From the NCBI RefSeq assembly GCF_009914755.1, contig NC_060929.1: DNA of 64,000 nucleotides; one strand, given 5' to 3'. Position numbers and translations under genes: made by a program. Source of the stretch: the human T2T-CHM13v2.0 reference genome, Homo sapiens. This document shows, piece by piece, positions 14,827 through 29,919 of the stretch. Position 1 is the stretch's first letter. Each line of letters begins with the position of its first letter. Under the pieces are notes generated by a model. That model saw nothing but the letters and a program-made list of their open reading frames with translations, was not told the origin of the DNA and ran no database searches.

Positions 14827-15330
14827 TGTAGGAGAGAATTAATATTTTTTCCTCTCTCATGACAAGGTTATGTTATGGTTCATGGCTGAGACACCCATAA
14901 TAAAAGGCAGATTAACAAGAGAAAAGCATACAAATTTATTTCATACAAATTTCATGTGACATAGGAGTCTTCAGAAGTAAAGACCCAAAGAAATAAGGAA
15001 ATCTGTGTATTTTTATGTATAGTTGTGTAGAAGTATGATTGGAGGATAAAAGGGTATGATCTAATGGTAATAAACTGGGGGAACTTAGCAAGACCCATTT
15101 GTTCAGGTTTTCTTGGCACTCCTTTGTGACATTGCTTTTCACTGGGTACAGGCCAGGAAACCTGTCACATGAGGGTCTTCAGAAGAGAAAAGGTCATAGT
15201 GACGTTCCTAGGTTTTATGGCCTGCATCGGGAAAGAAAGCCAAGGGGAATACGAGAGGAGTCTTCGTGCTTCTGCTGTTTTCTCGAATGCTGTGGTGCAA
15301 TAATTTGGGGTAATATGTTCTAAACCTCAT
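14827..15330 (-). mobile_element. ERV1 solo LTR (MER31/MER67 group)
   Basis: ggcagattaacaagagaaaagcatacaaatttatt and terminal tttggggtaatatgttctaaacctca are typical of this LTR group. Confidence 0.65.
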
Positions 15331-15349
15331 TAGATTCAATTTGCTATTT

Positions 15350-15578
15350 CAGATATCCCTACACTTATGATGAAGTTATTTCCTGATAAACCCTTTGTAA
15401 GTTAAAAGCATTTTAATTCAACTTACAATATTTCAAAAAAAAAAACCAAGTTATGATGGGTATATCAAGATGTAAATCTATTGTTAAGTGGAGAAGTATA
15501 CTAAATGGGTATCACTTTTGCGCCATCCTAAAGTTAAAAAAATCGCAAGTCAAGGCACCATAAGTTAGGGACTGTCTG
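15350..15578 (+). mobile_element. MER47-like TcMar-Tigger MITE
   Basis: Terminal inverted repeats cagatatccctacacttatgatg / cataagttagggactgtctg. Confidence 0.75.
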
Positions 15579-16373
15579 CATTTGCTGAGAATATTTGTGT
15601 CTAAGTTTATGAGATTCTACTCTTCTTTTACTGTACTATCTTTGCCTGGTTTGGGTATCAGGGTAATACTGGCCTCATAAAATAAATTGGGATGTGTCCC
15701 CTCTTCTCCTATTTTCTGAGGAGAGTGTAAAAAGTTTTTGTTAGTTCTTTGGATGTTTGGTAGAATTATACAGTGACATTATATGGGCCTGGCAATTTCT
15801 ATAGTATTCTATGAGCTTTTAATTACGAATTAAATGTATTCAATGGTTATAGGACTACTCAGATTCTTCATTTTATCCTGGTTGAGTTTTGGTAGTTTTA
15901 GGTGTTTGAAAAATTATCTCATTTCTTCTAAGTCATTGAATTTATGAGCATAAACTTGTTCATAGTATTTTCTTTTATCCTTTTAATGGCTTCAGGATCT
16001 CTAATAATATCCTTTCTTTTATTTCTGATGTTGGTGATTTGTGGTACCTCTTATTTTTTCAGTCTTGCTAGAAGCTTATTTTTGTTGATTTTTTTTTTTT
16101 GAGGAATCAGCTTTCTATTTCATTGATTTTTCTATTATTTTTCTATTTTCAATTTTATAGATTTCTGCTTTTTAACTTTACATTTATTTTTTCTTCTTGT
16201 TTAGAATTTATTTTGCCCTTCTTTTTCTAGTTTCTTGAGTTAGGAATTTAGGTTATTGATTTGAGATGGTTTTACTTTTCTTCTGTAAGCATGTAGTACT
16301 ATAAATTTATCTCAGCATTGCTTTAGCTGCATCCCACATATTTTGATATGTTGTATTTTCATGTTTTTTAGTT

Positions 16374-17124
16374 TTGTAGAGGGAACTAAAAGGAAGTAAG
16401 CTTTCCACAATTCACTCAATGTTAAAAAGTTGGTTATAGAAGATTGATGATATAGCATGCAAAGAAATCATGACGAAAGTTATACAAAGCAACACATTCA
16501 ATAATACTATAAACAAATAAAGGTAAAATCCTAAAACAATTCATGTAACCCATAACAAGACAAGAAAATCGAGAAAATGTTTTATTTCCTTTGAGACTTC
16601 TTTTTTGACGCATGTGTTATAAGTATTTTGTTTAGTTACCAAGTGTTTGGTTACTTTATTTAATATAGTCACTCTTTTTAAAAAAATAATGTTTCCATGT
16701 TTCCATTCTTTTACTTTCCACCTCTTTATATTGTTGAAAATAAAACATGTTTCGTACAAATAGTATATAGTTGTGTTGTGTTTTTCTTAATGCATTTTGC
16801 AAATCTCTACCTTTCAACTGATTAACTGAGACCATTTACATGTAAGATTATTATTGGCATGTTAGGGCTTAACTCTGTGATTTTATTCTTTGATTTTTGT
16901 TTGTTTCCTATTTCTTGTTCTTATTTTTGATTTTCTTTTCTTGTTATGGATTACATTAACTGTTTTAGGATTTTAACTTTATTTGTTATAGTATTATTGA
17001 ATGTGTTGCTTTGTATAATTTTCTTTGTGGTTTCTTTGTGTACTACATCATCATTCTTCTATAACCAACCTTTTAACATTGAGTGAATTGTAGAAAGCTT
17101 ACTTCCTTTTAGTTCCCTCTACAA
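16374..17124. repeat. ~197-bp inverted repeat (arms 16374-16570 and 16929-17124, about 90% identical)
   Basis: The reverse complement of ttgtagagggaactaaaaggaagtaagc...caagaaaatc aligns to gattttc...gcttacttccttttagttccctctacaa with about 19 differences by manual count. Confidence 0.92.
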
Positions 17125-17847
17125 TCCCTACTTTTAAATATTACTATGCTATGTATCATGTGGTGATATAATTTTGGTTTTAATCTTCACATATGACTTA
17201 GAAAATTCATGAAAAGAACAGATTCTTCTATTTACCCACATTTCTGCTTTTATAAATTGTTCTTTCTTTCTTACTGATGTTTCAAAATAGATTTTTAATA
17301 CTTTTTTGTTTTCTGTTTAAAAAACTCCCTTAAGCCATTCTGTTAAAAACAAAACTTTTAATTTTTCTTCATCTGAGATTGCCTTTATTTATCCTTCTTT
17401 TATAAAATATAGTTCTACTGGATGTAGAATTCATAGTTGACAGTTGTTATTTATTTTTTTTGTTAGCCCTTGAAAAATATACCACTCCCTTCTGGTCTCC
17501 ATGGTTTCAGATGAGAAATCCACCAGCATTAAAGATAGTGTTCCTCCGTAGGTAATGTGTCTTTTCTCTATAGTTGCTTTTAATAACTTTTCTTTGCAGT
17601 TCTCAGAAGTTTAATTATATTAGGTCTTGGCATGGTTTTATTTGATTTTATCTTATTTGGAGATCACTTTTCTTCTTAGATCTATGGGTTTACCTCTTCT
17701 ACCAACTTTGGGAAAATTTTAGCTATTATTTCTTTAAATATTCTTTTAGCCTCACTCTCTTTCTCCACTTATTCTGGATGCAGACATTACAAATGTCAGA
17801 TCTATCATTGTCCTTCCTTCTGGTCCCTGAGGGCTCTATTCACTCTT

Positions 17848-17932
17848 TATAAATATACACATATATATGTAAGTATATACACACACACGTATATATATTA
17901 TTTATATAAATATATGTATTTATATGTGTGTA
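17848..17932. repeat. Compound (TA)n/(CA)n microsatellite
   Basis: Alternating purine-pyrimidine run. Confidence 0.8.
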
Positions 17933-18119
17933 TTTTTCCGTTTTCTTGTGGATTTTTCCTCCATTTCATTGATTATATCTTTTGTCATCTCCACTTTACT
18001 ATTTTTATTTCTATTATTGTATTTTTCAGTTCTATAATATCCATTTGGCTTTTTTTAATAACATTTTTCCTGAGATTTTCTAATTTTTCGTTTATTTCAA
18101 AAGAATTTCTGATTGCTGT

Positions 18120-18401
18120 ATTCTTTGGCTTGTAGCTCCTTTCTCCATATCAAAGCCATAAGTAGCATATCATCTTCAAATTCTCTTTGCTTCCATCATG
18201 ACATAGTCTTCCCTTTTTAACACTGATCCTCCTACCTCCCTCTTATGAGGACCCTTGTGATTATATTGAGCCTCCCAAATAATTCATCATACTCTGCATC
18301 TCAAGATTCTTAATCACATCTGCAAAGTTTCTTTTGGCATGTAAGATAACACATCCCAGAGATTAGGATGTGGATATCTCTAGGGGCACATTATACAGCC
18401 T
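18120..18401 (-). mobile_element. MLT1 (ERVL-MaLR) LTR fragment
   Basis: ctcaagattcttaatcacatctgcaaag..gattaggatgtggatatct is the antisense MLT1 5' end. Confidence 0.8.
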
Positions 18402-18539
18402 GTCTTATCACCTTTCAGAATTCTCCTCTGGTTGTCTCTTGTGTTGTCTCCAAGGATTATAGTTGCACTTAGGGGTGAGGAGCAGGAATAGATGAGTATA
18501 CACCATTTTGCTTTGACTGGCAGCATGATATTTTTGTCT

Positions 18540-20100
18540 CTAGCTTTGTTATATATTCAAACTATATAACTACTTCCTTATTGTGTTTTTTAATTCAAGT
18601 CATTGGTCAAAATATTGAACAATACAAGGCCAATCACAGAGTCTTACAGAACAGTTTGGAAATGTTTCACTCTATTTTGGTCCTCTTGGGGTATGTCTGG
18701 AAATTTATGAACCCATTTGTTTATACCATCACCAAGTTAATCTTTTTCCATATTTTCTCTAAAATAAAATAAAAATTTAATAAAGGAGAAATTTTGCAGG
18801 ATGCGCTGCTGAAATCACGAGTATGGTATTTTCTTGATAAATAGACTAGTTAACCCTATGAAAAATAAATTCTATTAGTTTTTTATTACACTTTTTTCAG
18901 TAGGCTGTAAACATCATTGTTTATCTAAATCACTCCAAGTTCTCTGCTTCATAAGACATTATAGAATTATGACAGAAATAATCAGATCACTGTTCTGAAA
19001 TTTCCCAAATCCATCTATTTTCCCCTTTTGAAATTTTGGATCAGTACTCTGATTGCACCTTTGAAACTTCTACACTTTGATCCTGAACATTATTAATGAC
19101 AGTTCTAACATCAGATCTGCAGATTCTTGCTTCCTTTTGGCATGTCATCCTTCTCAGACTGAAGTGAGATGTTAATTTTAAAAAACCAATTCTCTTTATT
19201 AATTTTACTTCCTGTCTTGGTATTGAAATTTCCTCTTTAAAAGCTATGTTTATCCTGCCACTCTTCAATTTTCAAAATCATTCTTACTACCTGAACTTTT
19301 CATCTATTTATTTACTCAACTTGTGTGACACACTTGATAGGTGACAGGCACTGTGCTAGCCCTAGGGAATATAAAGATTAATCAACTGATAATCTGGTAA
19401 GCTTTCCTGTCATCTGTTCATTGTGCCGTTTTCCCTGGGCAATGATCTTGGCCCTCCTTTGTTCACAGTCTGTCTCTGAACATGGCTTGCAAAGCCTTTT
19501 CCTTTCTTTAGCTGCTTCTGCAAGCCTCAGCCCTCTGTCCTCTAACCTTTCTGACACTGTTCTTCTAAGTCCAGGCTGTGCTTCTGTTTTCATTCCTGGC
19601 TCTGTGCCCCTCCTTCTACCTCTTCTACATGTCTTTTTATATTCCAAGCTTTTGAGAAAGCTTCCTGCACAGTTAAATCAGTTCCTTTAGAAGTCCTTTC
19701 TTTTCCATTTGAACAGAGATTGTATAAACTGAAGTTCATTTTTTCTACCACACCCCTTGAGCAATGTTCCCTTTTAAGGCTCATACAAAGGACGAAACTG
19801 CTGTATTTTTCCTTTAAGTACTTTTGAAATCTACTTTAAAAAAAAAATCTTAGTTCCATGTCTGGCTTAAGCAAGTATTTATTTTCTTCAAAATGGCAAT
19901 CTCCACAGTACTTACCTATTTCTCATCATCAATACTTTTCCTTTTTAATCAGAATGAAGTTTACAGAAGCAGCATCTTTATTTCTTCATTTGTTTTTTAA
20001 AAGAAAAAAAAAGTCTTAGGTCCTATTTCTTCAGCACAATGAGATTCCCAGATGGCTGAAACTAATGATTTTTAACCTAATAATTTTTCATTTTTTTCTG
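18540..20100 (-). mobile_element. L3/CR1 LINE remnant (small L2 3' end inserted at ~19300-19380)
   Basis: caagtcattggtcaaaatattgaacaatacaaggccaatcacagag and gctgctgaaatc..agactagttaaccctat match the antisense CR1 RT region; right boundary uncertain. Confidence 0.6.
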
Positions 20101-20396
20101 CTGTTTATAGTAAAAATCATGTTTAATGACAATCTCGATCATTTTCTCTAAATGCCTTTTCTAAACAAAGACATAAAATCTATTCTTCTACCATTTCCCT
20201 TCCCTACATATTATAAAATTGCTGCAAATACAAAGAGTCATGTCTTTTCTTCTGGCTCTACTTACTACAACCCAGCTGTCTGCAGAGCTACCCACGGGGT
20301 TTATTATTTTTGGCTTAAATGCAAACCTCTAATTATTAGTATAAGCATAAGTTCTCCTTGCTGACAGTTTAAGATAAAGTAAATTGGAAGTGACAT

Positions 20397-20402
<6 letters not shown>

Positions 20403-20427
<25 letters not shown>
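20403..20427. repeat. (GT)12 microsatellite
   Basis: Pure GT run. Confidence 0.95.
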
Positions 20428-20861
20428 AATGTGTGTCACCAAGATTCTTTCTTGCATCCTGAAAAGTCCCCTCTGGATGACCAACACCAGCAACCATTGT
20501 GAGTAACTCCATGCTGTTAAAAAGTGGGCATTCCCATTGATTTGTAAAAGTGACAGATACAGCATGTGATTGTAAATTAGCAATGTGAAGCTAGTCCCAA
20601 GGGATCTCCAAGCAGGTTCCCCCTACCTCCCACTCCCCAGTAATTATCTGGCTGCTTCTCAAGTATTTAAACATTTCCTCTGACTTGCTGCAGTGATTCC
20701 TATGGGCTTTGTTTTATCTCTTTATTCTCTCATTCTCCTTAATTTACAGTAATTCAAACAAAAAATATATTAAACATAGGAAATTATCTTTGCCTAATTG
20801 CTCTTATCTTCACCTTTATTAGCTCTGAGTAATTATTTTCTTTTTGGACACTGTTCATATC

Positions 20862-21371
<510 letters not shown>

Positions 21372-22232
21372 TCGATTCAAATCTTAATCTCTTTTCAAGC
21401 TTAAATGATGTGTTTCTATTTTTATCTAGTTTACATTTTTCTTTGAAAACATTTGTAATAGTGATGATTGTCATCTTTAGCTTTGTAACTGTGGTTCAAA
21501 CCATGTTGAAGCTAGCTCTGCTGAGGCCTGAAACATTCCACAGTGTCATAAGGAGGACACAGCATGTGAGAGGCCCAGAGCAACACTAATCCTAGGCTCT
21601 GCGGTTCATCTTCTGCCATTTTATGTCTGTGGTGGGGTCTGTTTGGAATGCATCTCAGCCCACCCTTGATAACAGCAACATTTCACTCTTGAGAGGTTCC
21701 TCATTTAAATATTTTAGATTAAATTAGATATTACCTTTACATAGTCATATTTTTGAAAAATAGCTGGTCAATATAAAATATTTAAATACTATTAACTTTA
21801 TAAGGCAACTAATGCTATAGCACCTTAATCAAAAGCAAAATGCCATTTGATGAAATGGCATGACTTCGAAATGCGTAGAGACAAACTTTGGCCCAGACTA
21901 AATGTCAGCAGTAAAATACTTGGTAACGAAATGAGCAAGACCAAAGGTCGGGCTTCCATAAAAATCCTATTCTAGCTCCAACTTCATTTTAAATCACTTC
22001 AGATTATGTATAGTAAGTTGACTGTACTTTCAAGTGAGATATCCTTCCTGTCAATTTCAAGCTGGGTATTGCCTGTGAGACACAAATGTTTCTGGACTGG
22101 GAAGCTACACTTAGTGTCATTTTCCTCTTTCTCTTCTTTTCAGTTTATAAAAGTCTCCCTTGGTGACTAGATCTCTTTTTAGGAGAAAGTTCTGCAAAAT
22201 AGCCTGAGATATTTTATAGAATAAATGAGTGA

Positions 22233-22377
22233 CATGTGGTCTCATATGTGCTGGTTTGCCCAGGGAAATTCCAATTTATACCATGCTGTAGATAAACTAT
22301 AACTGTTAAATATTTTTAGCCCCCATTTTATTCTCCAGCATGCCCAAATTTGGAATATAAATCACATGGCCACTCTA
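22233..22377 (+). mobile_element. MER94-like hAT-Blackjack MITE
   Basis: catatgtgctggtttgcccaggga..aaatcacatggccactcta. Confidence 0.65.
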
Positions 22378-22569
22378 CTTATGATCAATACATGGAAGTC
22401 TTTTACAGTTTCAAGTACTTCTAGCCTGGCAATGAAATGCTTATTAATTCCAATGGAAAAAGCTAATGATTATATTGTTCAGTCATAGGGCCTGAATAAG
22501 GTCAGAATTGTCTCTACCATGTTATAAAAATAATCATATAAAATTTTCAGTGCAGCTTATTATGACAAA

Positions 22570-23320
22570 TGATCAAGTTAGATCATGACATTCTTTTGCT
22601 TGGAATCATCTAGGTCAGTACTTCTCCTAACTGAACATGCATGAGAATCACTTGGAGTACTTATTAAAACACAAATGACTGGGTTCTACTTCCAGAAATG
22701 TTGGTCTAGGATAGGGCCTGCAAATTTCATATTTCTAATAATTTCTCAGCTGTTACTAACGATGCTGGTCCAGAGACCACACTTTGTGACCCAATGATCT
22801 GATGGCTTCCTGCTTCCCTCAGAGGAAATGCCAAAATCGTTTAATGGCCTAAAAACTCTAATGATCTGGCTGACAGCTACATATCTGACCTAAAACCTCT
22901 ACCCTGCTTACTCCTTTGAAGCCACACTAGCCTTCTTGCTGCCTCAAAAGTAAGCAGGCCCTCTTCTAGCTGCTCCTTCTTCCCAGAGGGATAGCCCTCA
23001 AATATATGAATGGTGTACTTCCTCACCACCTTCGAGTCTTTACCCATACTGTCAACAAGGCTTCCTTTCACCACCCGCCTCCAAATTGAAACCTAAATCC
23101 CCAGATCTTTTATCCTGCTCAAATCTTCTTCCCCCTACCCCCACAGAAAATATTGGTTTATAATATTCTGACATCATTTACTGTCTGCAATCCCCCACCC
23201 CAATATAAGCTCTACAAAGGGATCTTTTCTGCTTTGTTTACTAATGTATTCCGAACACACTGATGAGAGCCTGGTATACAACAGGCATATTATACATGTT
23301 TATTAAATGAACAAATGCAT
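22570..23320 (+). mobile_element. L2 3' fragment with a MER5A inserted at ~22616-22797
   Basis: L2 3' end (agcctggtatacaacaggca..ttattaaatgaacaaatg); MER5A core gaatcacttggagtacttattaaaacaca..ggtccagagaccacactttg. Confidence 0.7.
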
Positions 23321-25660
23321 CACTACTTTCAGTTCTACCTTTGTACATGAATAAGGCATGTGATCACTAAAAGACTACTATGGAATCATAAGACATTGTG
23401 TAAAGGTATGTAAATACATGTATATATTTTTAGGATTAGAATTGAATGTTCAGACTTTTGACTTGCAACTTTGTCATGTACAAACATTTACTCATCGAAT
23501 TTGTAAAACCTATCATAATGTTGCATCTATGAAATGTTTGTGTTTCTCATTCAGCACTTAAATATTACATCCTTTATTTTAACGCATTCACTAGTCATTC
23601 ACTTGCTCCTTGCTCTCCATGTACTTGGTCTTCTGCCCCCTCCCATTATGTTTTCAAAAGTCTAACTTTAACTGTTTCTATGGAAACTGTTAGAGATGTA
23701 CTTCTGTAATGCACATGAAAAAGAGGGAATAGGAAAAAATTGATTCATAAGTGTCCTTTGCATTATGCACTGTTTCACAGCTCAGTTAGAACTAATTCTG
23801 TGAATACCACTCTTCTGAAGGTTAGAGTTAGCTAGAAGGTTAGAAAGATCATTCTTTCATCAGGGGAAATGATTCACAAGTTTGTAAATAAATATCACTC
23901 AATTCTTTTGTAAAATTATTTGTAATCACTGGTTTTCAAAAACCCATTTGTCTTTTGATTTGATTTAAAAAGCATTTCCTTTTTATCCCAAAGTCTCTGT
24001 CACCGCAAACACCCTCCTAATCCCATCCTCACTCCCAATGACCCTCAGCAAAAAAATTTATTATCATTTTATGTTTCTCTCCTGTTTGTACCTACAGGCA
24101 CAGCAAAATTTTGGGCATGATTTTTTTTGAAGTTGATTCAGTTAATTTGGCAATCTATTTAAAGCATATTATTTTTCTATCACTTCCATCAAAAATATGT
24201 CACGGGAGTTCCCTCTTCATGTCTCAGGGGAAAGAAAATATTCTTGGGAGAACCTGTATCCAATCAGAGAGAAAATAAGCTCAGCAATTATAGGCATATA
24301 GACTTCCTAGAAAAAAAGAGAGATTTTTCTTTAATAGTTTAGCTGCTGTCATCGATTATTTAAAGCCCAATGTAGATGTTGTTCTTTCTTTAAACTCTGC
24401 TAGTTAACTGATTTGGGATTAATGTGTTAGCACTGGCCATAAGCTACCTCACCCTGCATTCACAGTAAGCTGCTCCCTGCTCTGTAGAATAGAGTTCCCC
24501 TGGCTCTCAATTAACTACTCTGACCATCCTGCAGGAGAAGCACACTGATGAGTAGCGCCAAGTGGAGCAGTAAACACATTGATGGCTCTTTTTTATTTGA
24601 CACAAGGTTTGGGGATCTCAGTGGGTATTTCTTTTTTCAAATTCACTTTGTAGCAGCTAGAACATTTTCTAAATGACTATTTCTCTTAGAGGAATATTAA
24701 TACAAATATGACAATGCTGTCAATATTTTCGACTCCTAATCATTCAATGAGAAGAGCATACATTAAAAATAAGATAAACTATAATCGTGGAAATCCAAGA
24801 AATGTAGTGACCCATGGTATCCGTATGATTTTGTGGGATTTCATAATCTCATACCTGAAAAGACCTTTTCAAAATCTTTGAGCTGTTCTGGCTGCCTGTC
24901 TCCAAAACTTTTCTAACTGTTTCACCACTTTTTGTTGTCCTCAGCTTGGAAACTCTGTTGTTTTATCTTAGCCTTTCCATACAGGTGCCTTGCTACAATC
25001 TCAAATAGTAAACAAATTGAACTTTTGTGATATTTGCTAGATTTTCCATTCGTTATTAAAAGGAATTATTCTAAGACTTTCCAGTGCTCAGCACAGTGCC
25101 TGACACTATATACTGCACAAATAGGTTGTCAGTGAATGAATAAAAATTTTATTGTATCTTTTCTTTCTCTGAAATTTCTCATGACAATAGAAAAAATTGA
25201 GTATGACTTTTGGGAATAAACCAGAGTAAATAATTAGGTTACTTCAATATCAGTTATAGTATAATTCTGTGCAAATACTGACTTGTTGAAATAAGTAAAA
25301 TTACTTATTTCAGTGATCTTTCCGATAAAAAGATTCTTCCAAAGAAATCATAAAGCAAATACATTATAGAAAATTAAATGAAGTCCCTTCTGTCTAGATG
25401 TTTTCTGTAACATCCAGAGAAATCATTCCATATTTTCTAGAATGACTTGGGATTCACTGGCTCTTCGTTGAAAGGTCTGTGCCTATCTGGGTGTTCAGTT
25501 CCTCAGAACTTTGCTTCTATGTCCGGTTTAATTGCCATCATTCTTCCATGAGCCTTTCATAGCCTAATTCTAGTCCTTGACTGTTTTGTTTAGAGATGGT
25601 GGTAGTGAGGAGATATTTACTACTACCAAATACATGGGTAATTTGTTAGCAATTAAATAG

Positions 25661-25925
25661 TATTTGCAGCAACCTGGATGGAGTTTGAGACCATTATCCT
25701 AAGTGAAGTAACTCAGGAATGGCAAACTAAACGGACCCTTGGGAGTCGGGGGATGGTTGGGAGGCGGGTTAGGGATAAAAGACTACACATTGGATACCGT
25801 GTACACTGCTTACGTGATGGCTTCACCAAAATCTCAGGAATCATCACTTGTGTATGTAACTAAACACCACCTTTTCCCCAAAAACTACTGAAATAATTTA
25901 AAAATTAAAAATAAATAAAAATAAA
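25661..25925 (+). mobile_element. L1PB-type 3' end fragment
   Basis: ctaagtgaagtaactcaggaatgg, gggataaaagactacacattgg and an A-rich tail. Confidence 0.85.
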
Positions 25926-26804
25926 GCATCTTTGAAATTTTTAGGAAAAAAAGAGTGATGCTTCTCGTTCTTTTTTCCTCTCTCACCAATCAGGATGATA
26001 TACCGTCCTCCAAACAAAAGATCGCTTTATGCCCATTTGATTATTTTTTGTTTTATGTCTCCATTTTTTAGACTAATAAAGCAATTATAAAGTGGTTTTG
26101 TTCAGATGATTGGTTGTCTTTCATTCTTCCATCTTCAACTCAGGATTCTGAACATTTTCTTCTAAACATGCCTAGGATATATTTTAGGTTTTTTTGTTTG
26201 TTTGTTTTTGTTTTTTACCACCCAGTTTTCTGAAGTCCATGACATAGGACATTTAACATTTTAAGAAACCATGCATTTTCTAACAATAAGCCCCCCAAAG
26301 AGGCACTCGTAGGTAACTGAACTCTTTTGCTTTTATTGCCTTTAATACTTTTTCTCTTTTCCTCATTAAATCAATAAATGGCATAAATATCAAGGGTTAA
26401 TTTTTAAGTGATATTGTATAAAAGACAAAAGATTTTGAGAAAATGAATTTAAAACCAGTATATATGGGTATTAATAAACTTTATAAAATCTCTGGATGGA
26501 TATCTTATTTCAGTTTATATTTTAGAGCTCAGAATCCAAACCACCCCTATATAATAAACTGAAGAACTGAGCAGAAGTAGGTAGTAATCTCAGCACAACA
26601 TGAGCAGAGAATCAGAGTGAATAGGAAACTGAGAGATACACTGAACTAGCACCTATATCATTCATACGAATAGATGGAGACCAAGAAAGACTAGCTTTAA
26701 ATTCCTGTCACTAATTATTATCTGAGACAAAATTCCTCTAAACTATGCATTGATTAACTCCTGCTATTTTTCTTTTTTCTGATGTGGCTAACATTGGTTT
26801 TGTA

Positions 26805-27013
26805 ACAGGCACTATTCTCAGCTATTTAAATGAACTTATTAATTGAGTCTTTACAGCATTCGATGTGATATAGGTGTGCCCATTTTAAAGAAAAGAAAAC
26901 TGAGTCACAGGAACATAAAGAACTTGCTCCCAGTCACACAATTAATAAACGGCTGAGCCAAGACACAAACCTAGCCAGGCCCACTCTAGAGTATGCGATC
27001 TTAACCTCTACAC
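26805..27013 (-). mobile_element. MIR
   Basis: cccattttaaagaaaagaaaactgagtcacag..cagtcacaca, the antisense MIR core. Confidence 0.75.
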
Positions 27014-27034
27014 TTCTCTTCATCATCATTAGTA

Positions 27035-27854
<820 letters not shown>

Positions 27855-29919
27855 GTGAGTTGCAATTAATTTGAAACAAGAGTACCCAAATTACATATGG
27901 CAATTAGAAGTGACTATTGTGACTGTCGATCTCACTCAATCTGAATTATGAATCACTTCTTAAATAAAACTCAATCAACATTATCTCTCTTTTCTATAAG
28001 GAAACATCGTGATATTCTTAGATAACATGTAATGCACTTCATGGTTATGGCTGTTATTTTTAAGAAGACTATTCTTGCTTGCTTCTAGACACACAGAGAC
28101 CCTAAGCCAAAAGCTACACAGCCAAAAGGCCTGGCTGTACATGGAGAGTCTCCAACATAACAATAATCTATTGCCAGATCTGACTTCATTGATGTGAATT
28201 CCAGTGCTAAACCTGCACACATCTCAAGATTATAGATGGCAGATGGATGGCACTAAAGATAGCTCTAGATACAGAGAAATTCTGTCTTTATCTCCTTATC
28301 ATTTTCTTATGTCAGATGTAGAACATTTGAAAGATCAATTTGAGAAGTGGGGTAGTACACCAAAAACTCCCCTGGGGGGAAAAAAACACAAAATTTAAAT
28401 CTAAGTCCAGCAATGAGATATTACTAGAAATTTCCTCATATGCAAATTAAATACAATAATTATTTTTCTTCTTATTTCTCTCTGTGGAGAATGGAATCAT
28501 AACAGTTATGTATGTTGGAGGAGAAAGCAGGAAGTGGGAAAGAGTCATATTACGAGGTCTTGTTGGGAATAGCTCCTGCCTGTGGCTTCTGTACAGGCTC
28601 CTGCAAGTATTCGAAACAGGGGGAACAAGGCCACTCCGATATTACCAGTACTCTTTTTGACAGACATTTAAAATGTGCACTGCATAAAGAGTGTCTTTAC
28701 ATTTGTTTACACATCCACACACACACATATGCAAGCACACACATATGCACTGATCTCTTTGTTGTGCTCTAGAAGAATATATCTGTTTCTTCACATAGTA
28801 TTTTCAAAAGACTTTAAAAAATTTTGGGGGGAAACCAGTCAATCAGTTTAAATAATGGCCTATTTGAAATTTCCCTGATAGAGTATTCTAACATGCCCAT
28901 TCAGAAAACTGTACACAACTGCAGTCAGAGCAAACAAAGACAATTTGCTCTTACAATGAAGTAGCTTAATGCTTTCCTTAAAGGTGTAACTTGATTAATT
29001 TGTTTTATGAGGCTAAGCAGGATGATCCAAGAAGAAAGGTGCCATGTAACTGCAGCACATTATTATTCATTATAATAAAGGCCATGGTAATAACAACTCA
29101 ATGATAGAATATTAATAGACTTTATAGCAATGGCACAATGGAATTTCCAGAAGGCAGCAAGCAACTTTAAAGAAAATCGGATAGGGACCTCTCATGGCGA
29201 GAAACGAATCTTGTATATCCTAGGAAAAATGAAACGAAGATTGGCTATCTTTCATTCTCTTCCAGCTTTACATTTACATTGGCAGCAGAAGCTCACATCT
29301 GTGGAAGAACACCCATGCCCTTTCCCAATGGATTCAGGAAGAAGTTACTCCTATCAGCTTGTGTTTAATGTTATGAATCAGACTTGCTTGTCAGCATCAT
29401 GATTCATGACGGTGAACAGAGAGTGTGTGGAGCCTGCATTTCTGTGGGTTGGGAATAGATAAGAGTATTTAGACAGCTTTCATATCCAGTCTCAGCCAGT
29501 CTTGCTGGATAAAAAAGAAACTTCAGAATATTCTCCAGATCTACTACAGACTCAGAGTGAGATCCAGGGAGATGAATCATTACTTGCTGAAGGCAAGTGT
29601 CAGGAATATATAATTGAAGACTCCATGAGCAACCTTGATGAAAAATTCAGTTCTTGTGTGTGAATTAAAAATGCACAAAATTCTAAACAAAAATTAGAGA
29701 TCTCTGTTGGAGAGATATTCTATATGTCTGTCCTAATGGGCTAGTGAAAAACTATCTTAGGGAGAGAACATTTATGCACATGTATATAATCCTTGTCATT
29801 GAATGAGGTGACAATTTTTCTTTATTCAGCAACAAATGTCTTTACCCATGGTTTGAATTCCACTCTTAGTAACCACACCTGATGACATGGCCCTAAATTT
29901 ACTCTCTTTGGCTACTCGA

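Larger units (their letters stand above)
12470..18110 (-). mobile_element. Long L1MC-like element (3' UTR through ORF1) with nested insertions
   Basis: Continuous antisense L1M motifs from the 3' UTR (12.5 kb) through ORF2 (13-16.6 kb) to the inter-ORF region and ORF1 (16.7-18.1 kb). Confidence 0.8.

Noticed and set aside
21840-21861. 9-bp-stem palindrome ATGCCATTT-gatg-AAATGGCAT
   Set aside because: Too short to exceed chance expectation in 64 kb; no supporting context
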